This document shows, piece after piece, positions 60,008 to 64,000 of a stretch of DNA of 64,000 bases. The stretch is from the NCBI GenBank assembly GCA_035506195.1, contig DATJPV010000023.1:1050-65049 (forward strand), read 5' to 3'. This stretch comes from Patescibacteria group bacterium (GTDB taxonomy: Bacteria; Omnitrophota; Gorgyraeia; Gygaellales; Profunditerraquicolaceae). The translations under genes and the position numbers were made by a program. Every line of letters starts with the position of its first letter. Positions within the stretch are counted from its first letter, which is position 1. The notes beneath the pieces were generated by a model that was not told the DNA's origin, did not search any database, and saw only the letters and a list, made by a program, of their open reading frames with translations.

Positions 60008-60724
60008 CTATGGTTTTGTGAGCACGTCCTGCATGGAATACAACCCCGCAGGTTTTCCAAAAAGCCATTTTGCCGCCCTCAGGGCGCCTAGGGCGAACAA
60101 GTCGCGCGAATGCGCCTGATGCTTGATCTCGATGCGCTCGGAGTTCCCGCAAAAAATAATCGTGTGATCCCCGACGATATCGCCCAGGCGTATGGCATGT
60201 ACCGGGATCTGCCTTTTTGTGGCTTCGGTCAAGACCTCGCCGAACTTCCTGGCCGTGCCCGAGGGAGAATCCTTCTTGGCCTGGTGATGCGCCTCTACGA
60301 TCTCGATGCGATAGTCGGGACCGAGCCTTTTCGCCAGCTCCGGCAGCATTGAGAATAAAACATTGACGCCGACCGACATATTGGGAGAGAATACAACCGG
60401 AACCGCATGCGAGGCCTCTTCTACTTTTTTGAGTTGCTGATCGTTAAGGCTGGTGGTCCCCAGCACAAGAGCCTTCTTGTACCTGGCCACATAGTCAAGG
60501 TTGGCTTCCGTTGCTTCAGGGACGGTGAAATCCACAAAGACATCCACCAGAAACAGCCCGTCCGAATTAGAGGATATCTTGATCTTGCCCAAGTCCTTGC
60601 CGATCGCCGGGGTCCCTTTCTTCTCCAATGCCAAGGCAATTTCGAAGTCCTTATCCTGAGAAGCCAGTTCAAAAATACGCCTGCCCATTCGACCGCATAC
60701 GCCGCTGATCCCTAGCTTGATCAT
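60008..60724 (-). CDS. dapB: 4-hydroxy-tetrahydrodipicolinate reductase
   Basis: 238 aa; KLGISGVCGRMG Rossmann, EAHHQAKKDSPSGTA motif. Confidence 0.92.
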   Translation of the reverse strand: MIKLGISGVCGRMGRRIFELASQDKDFEIALALEKKGTPAIGKDLGKIKISSNSDGLFLVDVFVDFTVPEATEANLDYVARYKKALVLGTTSLNDQQLKKVEEASHAVPVVFSPNMSVGVNVLFSMLPELAKRLGPDYRIEIVEAHHQAKKDSPSGTARKFGEVLTEATKRQIPVHAIRLGDIVGDHTIIFCGNSERIEIKHQAHSRDLFALGALRAAKWLFGKPAGLYSMQDVLTKP

Positions 60725-63291
60725 TTCCGCTGCTCCTGTGTTGAGTTACCCCAGTTAATTTTATATAAGTAAATCGTGGTATGCCCCGGCTCCTGCTGAC
60801 GCGCGTCTAATTGGAAATACTTCAGGCCCCTGCCCTGTAAAAAATACAACTTGAAAAAGAGAGTTTCCGTCAGAGGGGCGGTGCAGAGCGTCGCCTTATA
60901 GTTATCCGCCTCCTGGAAGAACAAAACCGCATAGTCCGCATTGCCCTGGCTATTGATCGTTTCCTTGAGGGTTTTTTCCGTTGCCCAGATGACTTTTCCC
61001 GCGGTTATCCAGCTGCCCGTTGTTTCGTCTCGGAAATAGGCGGCTGTTTTTTCCCGGTCTACAACTATGCCGTTATCGAACAGGATGATCTTACGGTTAT
61101 CCTGAGGGACGGGCTGCTGCGCGTAGTTTGTATAGAAGCGGTACACCGAGGTAGTCAGGAGCCCGGCGGCTTCGCTGGTATCGGTAAAAAGGAACCGGCG
61201 GTACAGCGTTTCGGCATCCTTGACGGAATAACCGAAATTCTGTTGCGCGTATTGCAGGAACGGGGCTTTCTGCCGACGCAGGCGAGAGAACTCCTGCCAC
61301 AATGCACCCAGGGAAAAATCGCGGTTGGCCATCCAGCTCAAAGCCCAAAGGTAGCCGATCATGTCGTTGTTAAGCATCAGGTATGCGTTCCGGGGAGACG
61401 CATAGAGAAAACCTGCGATCTGATCGCGCCTGTCTTTATCCTGGACATAACGGGCCAGAAGGCCCATGCCCTCTTCTTTTTTGCAGGCCACCAGACGGTT
61501 AAGCAGCTCCAGGGTCTTCAGCTTGTCGTTACCCATGGCGCGGCACAGTTCTTCGAATGCCTTATTGCCGGCCAGGTCTATCATGCGCAGTATGCCTTGA
61601 GCCTCTTCTTCGCTGCGCGCAAACAGCGCCCGAGAGAACCAGTAGGGAACGGCGTGGCTCTGCCAATGCGGGTCCTCGATGGTGGCGCGCCTGCCAAGGG
61701 TCATGATCCAATCGCCCTCCCACCAGTATGCGTTGATAATGGAATCAGCGGGGGTTTCCTGGCGCATATGAAGGAACATCTTCTCCCAGGTATCGTTTAT
61801 CGACGCATGGTAATGCATGGTATATGCCCGGGACACCGGTATCGCCGTCAATGCCAGAAAGGCCAAGCCCAGCGCCATCCGGTATGCTCGCCTGCCCTGG
61901 CACAGGCGCGCATATACTATATCCAGGCAGGCGCATAACGACAACACCAGAGGTGCGGCCAAAAACAAAAGGAACCTGTGCCCGAAATGGGACAACGCCA
62001 GCGACGCCAATAGCCAAACGAACACCACGGAGAATATACACTGCCTCTGCCTAAAATCGTGGAATATCCGCTGGTAATGCGTCAGAAAGAGGATACCGAC
62101 TATCCCTCCATACAGCACAACCGACCCTCCTGAAGTAGCCAGCATATCTATGACGCTGGCGCGCTTTAATTCCGCAACGGTAAACAAAGGATAAGGCCAA
62201 AAATTATCCAGCGATAAGCCTTGGCGCAGGGCCAAATATACGAAAGGCTCTTGTACCGCCCGATGCAGCACTGCGCGCCCGGAAATGGCCCATACGGAAA
62301 CCAGGGATACAGCCAAAAACAGGCCAACCTCCCAGAGTGCATGGGTAATCCGCGCAACAAGCGGCTCCTTTTTGTCGTAGCTGACGACACCGAGCTTATA
62401 GAACAGAAAACCCGCGCACAGGATATAAAACCAAAGCCACCAGCTCGACCACAGGGAGGAATATATCCCGATCAGGATGCCCGCCAGGGCCAAAAGGAGA
62501 AACCGGGGCCGGCCCTTTTCTTTAAAGGCGTGCGCCAGGACCGCGGTAGTAAGCAGCGGCATACATAGATTATAGATATCGGTATCAAACCAGCCGTAAC
62601 CGGACCTGGCCATGACAATGGGGGCAAGGCCGAAAAAGATACTGGCGATGAAACTTCCCATGCAGGAAAGCCCGAACAGGCCGCACAGATAAAAGAAAGA
62701 GACGATCAATACGGGAGAAAGCACCACTGGCGCAAGCCCCAGGGCGCCTATAAGCGACAATTTATCGTTCAAAAAATGCATCGCCTTGTAAAGATAGACG
62801 CTGATATAGAAATGCAGCCTTATGGATTCGACGGCATCCCCCCGCGGGGCAAACTCCAAGTCATCATACTCCCGGTTCTGTCTGATCGAGGTACCGAATC
62901 TGCCCGTGTCCAGATACGTCTGCGCACGGCGCGCCCAGCGGTACGCATCGGTTTCCAGGAGATAGGGCCAGCCGTCCTTATCCCGCAGGTAGTCCTTCAT
63001 TTCCTGGCTCTTATTGCGGATGGCCTGTTCTATTTTCGCGGAGTTGCTCTGGGCATACGCATCGAATGCGCTCTTCTTGATTCTTTGCACGGCAGGCTCG
63101 GTAGGGCGTTGCGGGTAGTCGGCGGATATCTGTTGGTCCAAGGCAGACTGGAGATCGGCATATACCCATTGCCGCGCGGCCCTGTCGATATCCCGCAGAA
63201 AAAAATTATTCAGACGGAAATAGGCATTGACGGCTATGGACGCTGCCAGCAAAACCACGCATATCGGGATCGCGTATTTCTGATTAGTCAT
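60721..63291 (-). CDS. STT3/AglB/PglB-family oligosaccharyltransferase homologue (tentative), polytopic membrane protein with large C-terminal domain
   Basis: 856 aa. TM1 then ETDAYRWARRAQTYLDTG (resembles the STT3 DxYxxxRxxE...G loop-1 motif), about 12 further TM, then YWWEGDW (WWDYG-like) at the start of a ~330-aa soluble C-terminal domain. Confidence 0.45.
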   Translation of the reverse strand: MTNQKYAIPICVVLLAASIAVNAYFRLNNFFLRDIDRAARQWVYADLQSALDQQISADYPQRPTEPAVQRIKKSAFDAYAQSNSAKIEQAIRNKSQEMKDYLRDKDGWPYLLETDAYRWARRAQTYLDTGRFGTSIRQNREYDDLEFAPRGDAVESIRLHFYISVYLYKAMHFLNDKLSLIGALGLAPVVLSPVLIVSFFYLCGLFGLSCMGSFIASIFFGLAPIVMARSGYGWFDTDIYNLCMPLLTTAVLAHAFKEKGRPRFLLLALAGILIGIYSSLWSSWWLWFYILCAGFLFYKLGVVSYDKKEPLVARITHALWEVGLFLAVSLVSVWAISGRAVLHRAVQEPFVYLALRQGLSLDNFWPYPLFTVAELKRASVIDMLATSGGSVVLYGGIVGILFLTHYQRIFHDFRQRQCIFSVVFVWLLASLALSHFGHRFLLFLAAPLVLSLCACLDIVYARLCQGRRAYRMALGLAFLALTAIPVSRAYTMHYHASINDTWEKMFLHMRQETPADSIINAYWWEGDWIMTLGRRATIEDPHWQSHAVPYWFSRALFARSEEEAQGILRMIDLAGNKAFEELCRAMGNDKLKTLELLNRLVACKKEEGMGLLARYVQDKDRRDQIAGFLYASPRNAYLMLNNDMIGYLWALSWMANRDFSLGALWQEFSRLRRQKAPFLQYAQQNFGYSVKDAETLYRRFLFTDTSEAAGLLTTSVYRFYTNYAQQPVPQDNRKIILFDNGIVVDREKTAAYFRDETTGSWITAGKVIWATEKTLKETINSQGNADYAVLFFQEADNYKATLCTAPLTETLFFKLYFLQGRGLKYFQLDARQQEPGHTTIYLYKINWGNSTQEQRK

Positions 63292-63301
63292 CCGGAACGC
63301 C

Positions 63302-64000
63302 TTATAATAAGCCGTAATCTTTCAAGGATTTCTTCAGCTTCTCCGTATTTTCTTCTGACATCGCGGACATCGGCAGCCTTAATTCGGGCGCGCACAAACC
63401 CAGTATCCCCATTGCGGTCTTAACGGGTATGGGGTTTGTCTCGATAAACATGGCCCTTATCAAAGGCAGGAGCCGGTAATGTATCTGCTGGGCCTTGGCG
63501 ATATTGCCTCTCTCAAACTCTGCCACCAGCTCTGCAGTGTCTTTGGGCACGATATTCGCTACGACCGAAATCACGCCGGTGCCTCCGATAGCAAGCACGG
63601 GCAGGGTCAGGCCGTCATCCCCCGACAAAAGATCAAACCCCGGCACAGACAAGGCTTTAACCCGGGACATCTGCTCAAGGTTCCCGGATGCCTCTTTGAT
63701 GCCCACGATATTCTTACACTCCCTGGCCAGGCGGGCTACGGTTTCCGGCTCGATGTTGACGCCGGTACGCGAAGCAATGTTATAGAGTACCAACGGTATA
63801 TCTGCGGCTTCGGCAATGGCCTTAAAATGTTCATAGAGGCCTTTCTGGGTGGGCCGGTTATAATACGGGGCCACCTGCAAAGAGGCATCGGCTCCGGATG
63901 CGGCCGCATGCTTCGTAAGCATGACTGCCTCTGCGGTAGAATTTGAGCCGGTCCCGGCGATAACCGGCACTCTTTTACGGGTCTGCTCGATAGTAATCTC
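63302..64000 (-). CDS. dapA: 4-hydroxy-tetrahydrodipicolinate synthase, C-terminal part (gene continues past window end)
   Basis: The frame is open from 64000 to the stop at 63302. IPVIAGTGSNSTAEA...YYNRPTQKGLYEHF...LYNIASRTG match the DapA TIM-barrel. The N-terminal ~60 aa lie outside the window. Confidence 0.9.
   Translation of the reverse strand, partial: EITIEQTRKRVPVIAGTGSNSTAEAVMLTKHAAASGADASLQVAPYYNRPTQKGLYEHFKAIAEAADIPLVLYNIASRTGVNIEPETVARLARECKNIVGIKEASGNLEQMSRVKALSVPGFDLLSGDDGLTLPVLAIGGTGVISVVANIVPKDTAELVAEFERGNIAKAQQIHYRLLPLIRAMFIETNPIPVKTAMGILGLCAPELRLPMSAMSEENTEKLKKSLKDYGLL

Noticed and set aside
1-64000. CRISPR arrays, IS elements, integrases and prophage genes
   Set aside because: I found no regularly spaced direct repeats with unique spacers. 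The only direct repeats are the 10-bp TTACTTAAAC units at 46638-46667 and the internal gene duplication at 56479-56730. No transposase-, integrase- or phage-like ORFs are present.

Overview
The window is a 64-kb bacterial chromosomal segment, moderately GC-rich by eye and extremely compact. Every gene I can support lies on the minus strand, with gaps of 0-20 nt or small overlaps. Reading in the direction of transcription (coordinates descending), the window contains, in order: dapA (partial), an STT3/AglB-like oligosaccharyltransferase homologue, dapB, dapL, folK, panC, nadX, a small tandem-repeat basic protein, a TMTC-like membrane-TPR glycosyltransferase-family protein, uvrA, a large secreted TPR protein, exbB/exbD-like motor genes with an anchored partner, a Zn-ribbon membrane mini-protein, a small winged-helix protein coupled to a PilX-like pilin, and a complete type IVa pilus cluster. 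The pilus cluster is: excisionase-family HTH, pilMN fusion, pilO, pilP-like, secretin, pilB, pilC, major pilin with its own consensus promoter and terminator, then three minor pilins. It continues with tRNA-Ala, an AmmeMemoRadiSam system (radical SAM enzyme plus a MEMO-AMMECR1 fusion carrying a signal peptide), a CcdA-like membrane protein, rsmE, mtaB, and a recA-htrA-recX-alaS-hisDBHA-(lipoprotein)-hisFI-trpE/pabB-rpsP-yajC-secDF string. After that come a minimal mfd, surA-pdxA-rsmA, tRNA-Thr, rpmG, tRNA-Trp and secE-nusG-rplKAJL-rpoBC-rpsLG-fusA (partial). I found no CRISPR array, transposase or prophage. The points most worth a second look are the membrane/secretion-targeted AmmeMemoRadiSam components, the truncated Mfd, the two protein-glycosylation-family membrane enzymes, the internally duplicated mini-protein, and the regulatory module between the exbBD-like motor genes and the pilus genes.
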